From assembly GCA_964016885.1 (NCBI GenBank), contig OZ024741.1, forward strand, positions 327,980,001-328,044,000: 64,000 nt of DNA, given 5' to 3'. This document shows positions 1 to 10,929 of this stretch, piece after piece (position 1 is the first letter of the stretch; every line of letters starts with the position of its first letter). The notes under the pieces were generated by a model, which did no database searches, was not told the DNA's origin, and saw only the letters and a program-made list of their open reading frames with translations. Source of the DNA: Eledone cirrhosa (Eukaryota). Both the position numbers and the translations under genes were made by a program.

Positions 1-104
1 ATATATATATATATATATATATATTTATATTTATAAATGTAATAGATATGTAAAAATAGCAGTAAATAAAGGATTTTGAGTTCATGCAATTGACTTATGT
101 TTCG

Positions 105-200
<96 letters not shown>

Positions 201-258
201 CCTCGGTTATTTTTTATTTTGTAAAAAAAACCTCACTTTCTAATATATATATATATAC

Positions 259-340
<82 letters not shown>

Positions 341-348
<8 letters not shown>

Positions 349-701
349 GTGAGGTTTTTTTTACAAAATGAAAAATAACCGAGGTGTCCTACACGAGTGG
401 AAGTATAAAGAAAAAGGGATGAAATCGAAAATGCAACTGAAGTCTTATTTTTTTTTTAAATATATATATTTATTTGGTTCCTTTACCGGTTTCGCAGTTC
501 TTCTGCTTTTCAAAAGGTGAGTTGAGATGGAGGGTCTGTGGTTTGTCTCACATCTGAGATGTGAGAAAAACCACAGACCCTCCATCTCAACTCACCTTTT
601 GAAAAGCAGAAGAACTGCGAAACCGGTAAAGGAACCAAATAAATATATATATTTTTAAAAAAAATAAGACTTCAGTTGCATTTTCGATTTCATCCCTTTT
701 T

Positions 702-704
<3 letters not shown>
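341..704. mobile_element. PLE pLTR-like fragment, family A, folded back into a palindrome (arms 408-555 and 557-704) between (TA)n tracts
   Basis: Inverted repeat centred at 556. The same sequence recurs at 39578-40176 and 45752-45955, and 43 bp of its end recur at 201-243. Contains an HHR motif in each arm. Confidence 0.75.
595..632 (+). ncRNA. Minimal type I hammerhead motif, family A, U3-A8 core (mirror copy 480-517 on minus strand)
   Basis: CCTT TTGAAAA GCAG aagaa CTGC GAAA CCGG TA AAGG: 4-bp stem I, 4-bp stem II, palindromic stem III ACCGGT, GUA site. Confidence 0.75.
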
Positions 705-765
<61 letters not shown>

Positions 766-2178
766 CATATCATATATATATATATATAAATATATATACA
801 TACATATCATATATATATATATATATATATATTACTTCAAAATATTAATAAATATAGACATTCATGTGATCATATATATTTTATTATACATAGTTCAGAG
901 GTACTGAGCTATTTCATCAGTACGTCCTCATCAGATGAAATAAATTGATGTCTGACATACCTCAACTCTGCTGATGATTCAATTCCAGTCTTGGCAGTGA
1001 TTAGTTATGACAAAACTCAATATTTATATACCATAAGTTGTAACATGAAAAAGTACATATAATAGAGAGGGTACGTCGGAAATTGTGTATGAAAAATATA
1101 TAATAATAAATATAATAAGTATATATAAAGGCAAGTAAGAAATATAAACATATAACTACATAACTGTTAAAAATTTAAATAATAAAATATGTATACCTCC
1201 GTATTATAGAAGGAACAAATGAGAGAGCGAGAGAGCTAACTAGAGGAGAGAAAGAAAAGGAAAGAGAGATGATACTAAAACAGATGAAGGGAGATATGTG
1301 TGGTAACATACAATTACATAAGGAGAAGGAGAATCAAGCTATATGATGCGTGACCGTTTTTTTTTCAAATATTAAGTTAATTAGAACTAATCTATTAATT
1401 TAATAACTTGAAATTTTTAGATTATAATATTTGAAAGAACCTATATTATTGTATATTATCAACATTAAAACAAATATATAGTGGAAAGGATGAATTTAAA
1501 TTTAACATAATTCCGAGGGTAATCAAGAGTATATTTAAATTATTAACTATAGTCAATAATTTAGTTAGAAAGATCAAAATTAACAATGTTACTAACTAAA
1601 CATAAAACGTATAAATGTAATAAATATGATATTATTAAACCAGATTTATTTAGATATAAGCATTTGTATAAACTATAAGATTTAAATCGATATTTGTCAA
1701 TTATATATAATATTAATTATTAGTTATAATTACACTTAAGAGTGTTATAATTTTGATTTCACTAGATTTTACTGTATTCAAAATTATACATGGAGTTAGG
1801 TACAGATTATTAATCAATTATAAAACGAAACTTTTATACGATAAATGTAAACAATGTCTTCGTAAGACGTAAACAAATATATAAAGTAATAAAACGGTTT
1901 ACGAGTCTGAAGACATTAGAGGTATCAAATTTATAAGATACAAGGTTTAAAAAATACAAAATCAAAACCAAGTGTATTTAAATAATCTAGAGATGAACAT
2001 ATTCTATAAGAGAGCAGGTAAACAATTTCTATGGTTAGGTAGAAACCTTATATCCAATATTAATAATAGCAATATACACATACACACATACACACACATA
2101 TAAATATATATGCATGCGTGCATACATACATATATCCATGTATACATATATACATATATATATGTGTATACATATATA

Positions 2179-2242
<64 letters not shown>

Positions 2243-2245
<3 letters not shown>

Positions 2246-2657
2246 CGAAGGAAATGTGGTAAGGAACCATATGGACCATAATGCACCAAAGTACTCAATA
2301 CTTAGGGTAGTAGAGTGGGTAATAGGAACAAGTATGACCCCGACGGCAGAGCTCAAGCCGTTTCGACGGCTAATTCTGGATTAATAAGAATTTTTAGCCT
2401 GGTAAATAAATAGCCGAACTTCTCAGGGGGTAATTCCTTATATGGGAAGATAGTAATTGTCAAAAGGATTGGTCAAAAATGTGTTGTAAAGACAGATGTT
2501 TCTATCATGGCATTTGGTGGGAGGTAGGGGTAGCTGAACTTGCCGGAAGAACAAAGAGGGAGTGGGGGAACCCAGTCAAACGTTGAAAGTGAAATCTATA
2601 CAGCAGAATTAGCCGTCAAAACGGCTTGAGCTCTGCCGTCGGGGTCATACTTGTTCA
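2243..2657 (-). mobile_element. PLE pLTR-like fragment, family B, with short inverted end (2604-2657)
   Basis: Homologous to 8600-8990, 9704-9830, 31315-31580 and 57858-57940. All five share the terminus ...TCCTTCGTT abutting TA repeats. Confidence 0.7.
2337..2431 (-). ncRNA. Type I hammerhead motif, family B (core CTGAGAA, probably a mutated copy)
   Basis: Minus strand reads ACCCC CTGAGAA GTTCGGCTA...TAGCCGTC GAAA CGGC ttgagctct GCCG TC GGGGT. Confidence 0.65.
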
Positions 2658-2711
2658 TATATATATATATATATATATATATGAACAAGTATATATATAT
2701 ATATATGAACA

Positions 2712-3390
2712 AGTAAGTTAATTTTATAATTTTCTTATTTTACGTCTCTCATATTATTGTTCTGCAACCCCATGCATTGAACCACAATGTTAATAAGACA
2801 AAACCTATATATTTGCTAGCATTGATATGCATCTGTGTGTATATAAATGTTACTAGATATAAATTCCTTATAATTATCTCCAATTCATTTGTCGAGCAAT
2901 ATTTGGCCATGACTGCTACTATGGTAGTAGGCTGGCCGCTGTCTTATTAACCACTCGCTTTCCACTGATTGACCTCGATGTCACGTGATTGATTCTTTTT
3001 GAATTTGCCACAGAGGTAGAGGCAGTGATTTTGTCAATGGCTAGGAATCCAGTCCACGCTTCGCTATTTCCTTACCACTGAATTATTTTTTTAATAAGTT
3101 TCCAGAGTCCTCGCTATGCCTGGAGACTTACACGGAAAAAGACTTTCCTGATGACGGAATGATTTTCCATATGTTTCTTCGGAAAATATATTTACTCCAT
3201 TCCAGAAACTAATTAGTTGGAAGTGATTTTTTAGTAAGTAAGTTAATTTTATAATTTTCATATTTTACGTCTCTCATATTATTGTTCTGCAACCCCATGC
3301 ATTGAACCACAATGTTAATAAGACAAAACCTATATATTTGCTAGCATTGATATGCATCTGTGTGTATATAAATGTTACTAGATATAAATT

Positions 3391-3397
<7 letters not shown>
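2712..3397 (+). mobile_element. Non-coding HHR-bearing unit, family C: 525-bp period with about 160-bp terminal direct repeat
   Basis: 2712-2872 is repeated at 3237-3397. Flanked by (TA)n. A diverged copy lies at 4030-4440 with an inverted piece at 3980-4030. Confidence 0.7.
3142..3224 (+). ncRNA. Type I hammerhead motif, family C
   Basis: ACTTTC CTGATGA C GGAATG...CATTCC A GAAA CTAATTAG TT GGAAGT: palindromic stem III, GUU site; stems covary with the 4197 copy. Confidence 0.75.
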
Positions 3398-3424
<27 letters not shown>

Positions 3425-3428
<4 letters not shown>

Positions 3429-3943
3429 ATTAGAGTTAAAACTCAATTGGAACCCTGTAACTATTAGGCTCAAAGTATAAATACTGAGCCGATTAATAAT
3501 ATATAGTAAGAAACACAGTAAACCGTGTGTCTAAAATTACAAGGGTTGAAAAACCACATTTGTTTGAAATATTTAACCAAGAAGCAGACAGAATGATAAA
3601 ATATACAAACCGCCTCAATAACCATTATATCTCTCGGACAGATTATCCCCAATCTGTTTCGCCCTGAGTGCGTTTGTAACAGATAATCATGGGCTTCATC
3701 AGCGAGAGAATCTGATTAAATGCCACAAACACTATTTGCCAACGTTCACACAGAAAGATGAATTTGTCACCTCGTGCGCCGCTAGTCAAACGTGGTAAGC
3801 GTGTATTGAATAGAAATAACAGTCCAACACACACAACTTAATAAGCTCAACTTGTGAGGGAGCAGAAATATATATGAAAATTAGAGTTAAAACTCAATTG
3901 GAACCCTGTAACTATTAGGCTCAAAGTATAAATACTGAGCCGA

Positions 3944-3948
<5 letters not shown>
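3425..3948 (-). mobile_element. Non-coding HHR-bearing unit, family D: 451-bp period with 73-bp terminal direct repeat
   Basis: 3425-3497 is repeated at 3876-3948, with (TA)n on both sides. Confidence 0.7.
3630..3709 (-). ncRNA. Full-size type I hammerhead motif, family D
   Basis: Minus strand reads TCTCTCG CTGATGA A GCCC...GGGC GAAA CAGATT ggggat AATCTG TC CGAGAGA: 7-bp stem I, 7-bp stem III, GUC site. Confidence 0.88.
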
Positions 3949-3983
<35 letters not shown>

Positions 3984-4196
3984 GACGAAAAATAAGAAAA
4001 TTTTAAAATTAACTTACTTACTAAAATTTAGTGTCACGTGATTGATTCTTTAGAATTTGCCACTGACCAAGTAGGCAGTGAATTTTTTCAGTGCCCTGGA
4101 ATCTACTCCCCGCTTGCTTTTTTCTATCCACTGAATTATTATTTTTATATGGGTTCCTAGTGTCCGCGCATTGCCTGGGAACTTAGCTGAGAATAG

Positions 4197-4277
4197 ACTC
4201 CCTGATGACGTAAGGATTTCTCTATATTAGCGTTACGTAACTATATTTATTCCCTTACAGAAAGTAATTAGTTGGAG
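4197..4277 (+). ncRNA. Type I hammerhead motif, family C, second copy
   Basis: CTCC CTGATGA C GTAAGG...CCTTAC A GAAA GTAATTAG TT GGAG; one stem III mismatch. Confidence 0.7.
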
Positions 4278-4454
4278 CGAAAATTTTAGCAAGTGAGTTA
4301 ATTTTAAAATGTTCTTATTTTATGTCTTTCATATAATTGTTCTGCATCCACTTGCATATAAGCACAAAGGTACTAAGACATAACATATATATTTACTAGT
4401 ATGAGTATACATCTGTATACATATGTTGGTAGATATACTAATTCTCTCTCTCTA

Positions 4455-4550
<96 letters not shown>

Positions 4551-4990
4551 AACTCATAATCGTGAGGGTATATAAAATTGAGAATTACTTGTTCATATAT
4601 ATATATTTACCGGATATAATCTCTAAATTAATTCTCAGGAAACGATAATCAGCGTTATATTATAATACTGTAATGTTGTAATTCTGTAATGCTTCTGGTA
4701 GTTCTAATATATCAGATGCTTTCTGAATTCATTATGGGGATGAAAGCTTGCTATATTCATAATGAATATCAGCAATATATGATACTAATTATGATGTAGT
4801 GATATGCTCTAGTGTATGTTTTTATTTTAAATCAAATGCATTCACACATATTCACAAACATACAAACATGGAAACACAATCATACGCAAATATATTTACA
4901 TATATACATACACACATATGTACATATATATATATATATATATAAATATATATATAGATATATATATATATATTCATACATACATGTACA

Positions 4991-5032
<42 letters not shown>

Positions 5033-5055
5033 TATACACACATAAATATGTAATA

Positions 5056-5944
5056 CTAGCAGTGGTACCCGGCGTTTCACGGGATAAGGTATTTTGGAAC
5101 GCAGGCTGCCAACAGACCTAATCGTGGAAAAACTGCATGCCGGGACCATATGTAAAGAAAATAAACCGAATACTCAGATGGGTGGATAATCTTAAGGATT
5201 TTCCTCGGTGAAGCAGGATAAATGCTTGTTTTCACCTATGGGATCATAAAATAAATATTTTATGTGCATAATATGCCTTTAAATTTCGGGAAAATCAGCT
5301 TAACGTAACGCCTCCAAAAAGCCCTAATGCGGGTGCTAGGCCATAAAGAAGTTGGATTTTCTTTGCTCACGGTATGAAGAAGAGACTGACTAATACATAG
5401 TTACAGTTTCAAGGAAATCGGTCTGACGTAACGCCTCAAAACACCCATAAAAAGCTTTAAAAACCCAGTTTTTCACCTAATGCCTGCCCTAGGATATCAA
5501 AAAGTTGAATTTGTTATGTGCATAACACTCCCAGAAACAGAAGTAATACAGATGTAAAGTTTGAAAAGAATCGGTTGGGTACTTCTCGAGTTTTAAGGAT
5601 TAAAACTCACAGACCCCACCCACACACACACACACACACATACATCCTCAAGGAGGTGACGTAATTCTGGCAGCGAGACATACAGATAAATATTATAAGG
5701 GGACGACGATATATGTATATATCTATCTAAAAAGAGAAAGACTAGAATTATAGAGAGAGATTGCTAAATCGCCTAATGCGGTCTCAAGGGCATTGAAAAT
5801 TGGAAATTTCTTTTATCAGAACACTCCCTGAAACATAAGTATTACATGTGTAAAGTTTAAAAACTGTCAGCTGGGTGCTTCTCGAGTGTTAGCGATTCAA
5901 ACTACACACACACAGACAGACATCCTCAGTTTTATATATATAGA
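5056..5944 (-). mobile_element. Non-autonomous Helitron-like element
   Basis: On the minus strand it starts with TC (5944-5943) and ends with the hairpin CCCGtgaaacgcCGGG (5068-5083) 8 nt before a terminal CTAG (5056-5059). Inserted between A and T. Has internal degenerate subrepeats and (CA)n. Confidence 0.75.
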
Positions 5945-6066
5945 TAATATAATATATATACATTTATCTTTATATATATGTGCATATACGTATGTATGTA
6001 TTAATATACATATAAGTATGTATATGTATATAAATATATATATGTGCATATATATATATATATATA

Positions 6067-6151
<85 letters not shown>

Positions 6152-7024
6152 ATGTGTGTGTGTGTGTGTGTGTGTCTGTGTGCGTGTGTGTGGGTGTATG
6201 TGTTCGCGTCTGAGTCAAATTAATATAAATTGTATATTCAAATATATAAAACAATGCGAAATCAGTCAGTGATAATTGTTAATTGTATGTTAGATATTTA
6301 AAAGTAGTTTTAATATACTTTGTCAAATTTTCTGAAAAGAAATTTTATCATATTTAACTATAATAATATTGATAATCATATTCATTAATAATATTAATCG
6401 TAATTCCGCACCTCAAACAAGTCCATCTGTCCCGAACTGCCACTAGTAACAGTGACATACCAGGGATTTCTGGAAATTCACCAAATTGACAACCATCCAC
6501 TGACCGAGAGTTCTCCGGCACAACTTTGTTGAATTGTCCTCATCGTTTCTCTCGCCTATCACCAGTCTTCTCTAGAACGCTAACGTGGAATTTACACAAA
6601 CTACATCACAGGACTGATAGAGGGCTGGACAGTCAAGCACCCAGTCTCGGTTCCGTTTTACCCAGATTTTTTCTAATTTGATTAATTTGATCTCTTGTGC
6701 CCAAATTGCACATGCACAAAATGCCGTGCATTGTAACTGAATCCCGAATCATGTGCTTGCGGACGAACTTCTTATCCACAAAGCGATACCTACACATATA
6801 CAACATACATCTCTGACACTACCAGTTGACCACACAGTTTTTTTATTGGCTATGTCCGACAGATTTAAATTGTCGATGTCTTTGAATTACTAATGGATGT
6901 TACAGATTCAGCCATATTCGTAATGCATACAAACATTTTTTAAGCGAAATCGTATGTAAGATTTCTATATTTGATGTCCTAGAGAATAAAATAAGTTCTC
7001 TTTAGATGGCGGGACAATTTATTT

Positions 7025-7210
7025 GGATTGGCAGTATCGGTAGAGGGTCGGACGCCATGCTTTGAAGCATAGAGTTACCTCCCTGTATGATCTGAGTTCA
7101 AATCCCGCCGAGGTTAACTTTGCCTTTCATCCTTCCGGGGTCGATCAAATAAAGTACCAGTAATGCCCTGAGTATTTGCTGGCCTTGTACGAAAAGTAGA
7201 AACAATTATT
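7025..7210 (+). mobile_element. tRNA-derived SINE (dominant family in this window)
   Basis: A box TGGCAGTATCGG, B box GAGTTCAAATCC, body GCCTTTCATCCTTCCGGGGTCGAT...AGTACCAGT, tail AAACAATTATT; more than 12 related copies in the window. Confidence 0.85.
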
Positions 7211-7295
7211 AAAGTTTATAGAACATGTTTGCTTATCTACGTTTCCGACAATATATATATATATATATATATATATTGGTAAAAGGAAAAGAAAA

Positions 7296-7349
<54 letters not shown>

Positions 7350-7356
<7 letters not shown>

Positions 7357-8545
7357 TAAAATAACATTAAAGTTTAAGCTTTCAGCCTTAACGGGATCTT
7401 CCCAAGCTAAAAAAGTCAATCTGTGATCGCACAAGTAAATATTTAAAAAAAAACTTTGCAACCGAAGGAAGACGAGAAGACGATACTTTGGATCGTGGAA
7501 ACATTCCCTGGCAAAGAACGGAAAAAAACGAAGATAATACGACATTATTTGGTGCGGTGAAAATAATTACACGCAAAGACAAAACCACGTCTATGGTATG
7601 AATCAAGTCGTAGACTAATATTCTATTAGGTGGTCATGGAGACGTTCTCTGGCAATGAACGGAAAAAACGAAGATAATACGTCATTATGTGGACAGAGAG
7701 AACAATTACACGTAAAGACAAAACCACGTAAATGGTATAACTGAAGTCGAAGACTAAAATTCTATTCAGGAAACCGAATGATTCTCGGCTTCAGAATTAA
7801 GAATAAAGTAAATAAAATACAGAGGTAATTAAAATTAAATATATACATACACGCATCCATATACGTACATACACAAGCATACGCGAAAATACTCGCCATG
7901 GGTATGCAAATACAAGCACGTACACAAAACAAAAAAAAATCGCAAGCACATACTAGAACCTACGCAACGCCTGTACACGCACATATAAGAGCGTATACAC
8001 CAAATGGACATAAAAATATATATAAAAACATATATACATATACATGCGTGTGTGTGTGCGTGTATACATAATTAAATAAACCTATATAAATATACACACA
8101 TAAATTCGTATATAACGCGTGTACACACACACACCACCAGGTAAATACACATATGTTCGCGGACCTACGTCAACCAAATCACAAAGTACACATATACACA
8201 CACCCTACATACGTACGAACCCGCATACTCACACAGGCGCAAAACTCACGTATACACATAACCAAATGCACATATACCAGTATATATAATATATACGCCA
8301 ATAATATATACAAGCAAATATACGTACGAGAAAGTATACGTACCCCCACAAAACATACAGGTAATATATACTTACCTATACGAATAAGTAATGGTATTAA
8401 CATAACAAATACTTAGCTACCACATCAGGACGCAAATTACCCGCGTATAGTTCGTACTATCCGTTCTCTACGGTTCTTATATATTTGATATATATTTATC
8501 CTTATCGAGCCCTCTTTGGATTTTAGTCTTCAAATTTATTATTAT

Positions 8546-8549
<4 letters not shown>
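7350..8549 (-). mobile_element. Diverged PLE pLTR, family G, with inverted terminal piece (8465-8549); degenerate HHR at 7371-7408
   Basis: Colinear similarity to 16800-17800. Bounded by (TA)n on both sides. Confidence 0.75.
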
Positions 8550-8601
<52 letters not shown>

Positions 8602-8691
8602 CGAAGGAGTTGTGGTAAGGAACCAGATGGACCATAACGCACCAGAGTACTCAATACTTAGGGTAGTAGAGTGGGTAACAGGAGAAAGTAT

Positions 8692-8792
8692 GACCCCGAC
8701 GGCAGAGCTCAATCCGTTTCGACGGCTATTTCTGGACTAAAGTAAGATTTTTTTTAGACTGGTAAATAAATAGCCGAACTTTTCAAGGGGTA
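8692..8792 (-). ncRNA. Type I hammerhead motif, family B, U3-A8 core with long stem II
   Basis: Minus strand reads ACCCC TTGAAAA G TT CGGCTATTT...AAATAGCCG T C GAAA CGGA ttgagctct GCCG TC GGGGT. Confidence 0.72.
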
Positions 8793-9318
8793 CCTCCTTA
8801 TATGGGAAGATTGTCGTTGTCAAGAGAATTGGTCAAAATTTGTAGCAGACACAGAAAAGTCTATCATGGCAGTGGGTGCGGGGTGGGGTGGCTGAACTTG
8901 CATGTAGAACCATAGAAGAGTGGCTAGAGCCGGTCAAGCGTTGAAGGTGAAATCTACACGGCAAATTCTAAGGAATGTGTATGAAAGTAGGCCAGAGGAG
9001 GTTGGCGAAAAAAGGTTTCTTTAGAAAATGGAAGAGTGGCGTTATGGAAATATAAATCAAATGAGATTAGGGGACAATGAAAAAAGAATATAATTGGTTA
9101 ATTGGTTAAAATCTCAATGAAATCGTGGACTGTTATATTCTAATTTCAAAAACACAATTGATATAAGGCATTGTCAAACTGATAAATTTGCCAGAAACAT
9201 ATGTCAGTTTGGCAGTGCATTCAGTCTTCGGTGTTTTTGAAATTAGGATATATATACAATATACAAAATCAAGATTGTGTAGGCGAGAACAAAGGAGCGA
9301 TATAAAATAAAAACTCAT

Positions 9319-9359
9319 TCACTGAGGACGTTACATAATGTGTGACGAAAGATCTTTGA
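9319..9359 (+). ncRNA. Minimal hammerhead motif, family E (mutated mirror copy 9659-9699 on minus strand)
   Basis: TCA CTGAGGA C GTTACAT aat GTGTGAC GAAA GATC TT TGA: palindromic stem III AGATCT, CUU site. Confidence 0.72.
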
Positions 9360-9872
9360 CAATATATAAACAACCATCCGATTATCAACCCAATCAATCG
9401 GAACCTTATAATAAGTTGAAGTTAAAACCAATAGGTACGTTTGCTTTTATTGGCAGTATAATCCTCCCAAACATATCAATAGTTGTTACAACGCACGTTT
9501 TCAGTTAAGAAATCTTGCAAAACAAATTAAGAATGAAGTATATATATATATATATACTTCGCTTTTTAATTTAAAAGCATACGTGCCAATTAGTTTTCAC
9601 TTCAACTTATAAGGTTCCGATTGATTGGGTTGATTATTGGATGGTTGTTTATATATTGTCAAAGATCTTTCATCACACATTATGTGACCACCTCAGTGAA
9701 TGTCCCCGACGGCAGAGCTCAAGCCGTTTCGACGACGATTCCGTCGAAACGGCTTGAGCCCTACCGTCGGAGTCATACTTTTTCTTGTGGCGTTATGGTC
9801 CATCGGGTTCCTTACCACAACTCCTTCGTTATATATATATATGTATATATAGGTATATATATATATATATAT

Positions 9873-10004
9873 ATGGAAACTATATTTATAAAACCATATT
9901 TATTTTATTAAGTGTATTTCTAGGGTACCAAGTTAACATGTTGTCTTGGTACCCTAGAAATATATATAATAAAATAAATATGGTTTTATAAATATAGTTT
10001 CCAT
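9873..10004. repeat. Inverted repeat with about 60-bp arms next to (TA)n
   Basis: ATGGAAACTATATTTATAAAACCATATT...CTAGGGTACCAAG versus CTTGGTACCCTAG...TATAGTTTCCAT. Confidence 0.75.
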
Positions 10005-10110
10005 TTATTTAACTTAATTGAATATTTACTCCAGTTAACTATTGAGTGCTCTAAATCAGTTGTAAACATTTAAATTTCTCGGACTTCCAACAAATTAAAT
10101 ACTCTTTCTA

Positions 10111-10170
<60 letters not shown>

Positions 10171-10847
10171 ATGTGTGTCTAAATGTGTTTATATGTGCGT
10201 GTATGAATGCGTGTATGGACGCGAGGGTCTGTACATATGCGGTTTTGGTACATCTACGAAAAAGAGTAGATGGTGACTGCACCTATTAGTAAACGAAACC
10301 GGTACATATGGTTAACACAATAAAATAAACTCTGATAAACTATAGATATTTTTAGTCATTACTTTCTTCCATAGACTTCATAACATTAACGTTCAAAAAG
10401 CTATATACTGATATTAAAGTTAAATATAACTTCAATAAATACTAATATAGTTCCACTAATGACAGACATCAATTATATTAACATCAGAATAGGACTGCTG
10501 GTAATACCATGCAGCACAACTATTATTAAAAGTAGCGTTAAATATTTCTGGCAACCCTCCATAACCTTAGAAATAACTTTGTTTACAGATACGGCTGAGA
10601 AATATGGTTACGGAATGCATCGATATCCAATTAAACACTTTTCAATATGTTGTATACATGATTGATCCTGAGGATTTCTTCATAAGAATATTGTAAATGA
10701 TATCCAAAACAAAAGAAAGACATGTATTTCAAATGAATTATGTATTAACATTTGAACTTGGTGACTTATTTCTTTATTATCAATAGATATAGATATATAG
10801 ATATATATACACACACACACATATATATCTATACATATATATATATA

Positions 10848-10886
<39 letters not shown>

Positions 10887-10895
10887 AGATATATA

Positions 10896-10929
<34 letters not shown>

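Noticed and set aside
895-940. Two CTGATGA words and a GAAA on the minus strand
   Set aside because: No consistent stem I or stem II can be drawn; at best a rearranged relic.
6408-6660. Possible RTE RT C-terminal remnant on the minus strand
   Set aside because: Only faint motif traces; it cannot be supported without a profile search.
7025-7110. tRNA-like A and B boxes as real tRNA genes
   Set aside because: No cloverleaf; always followed by the SINE body and tail.
10234-10310. GAAA CCGG TA CATATG with an upstream CATATG, resembling an HHR 3' half
   Set aside because: The CUGANGA core is missing, so it was not counted.
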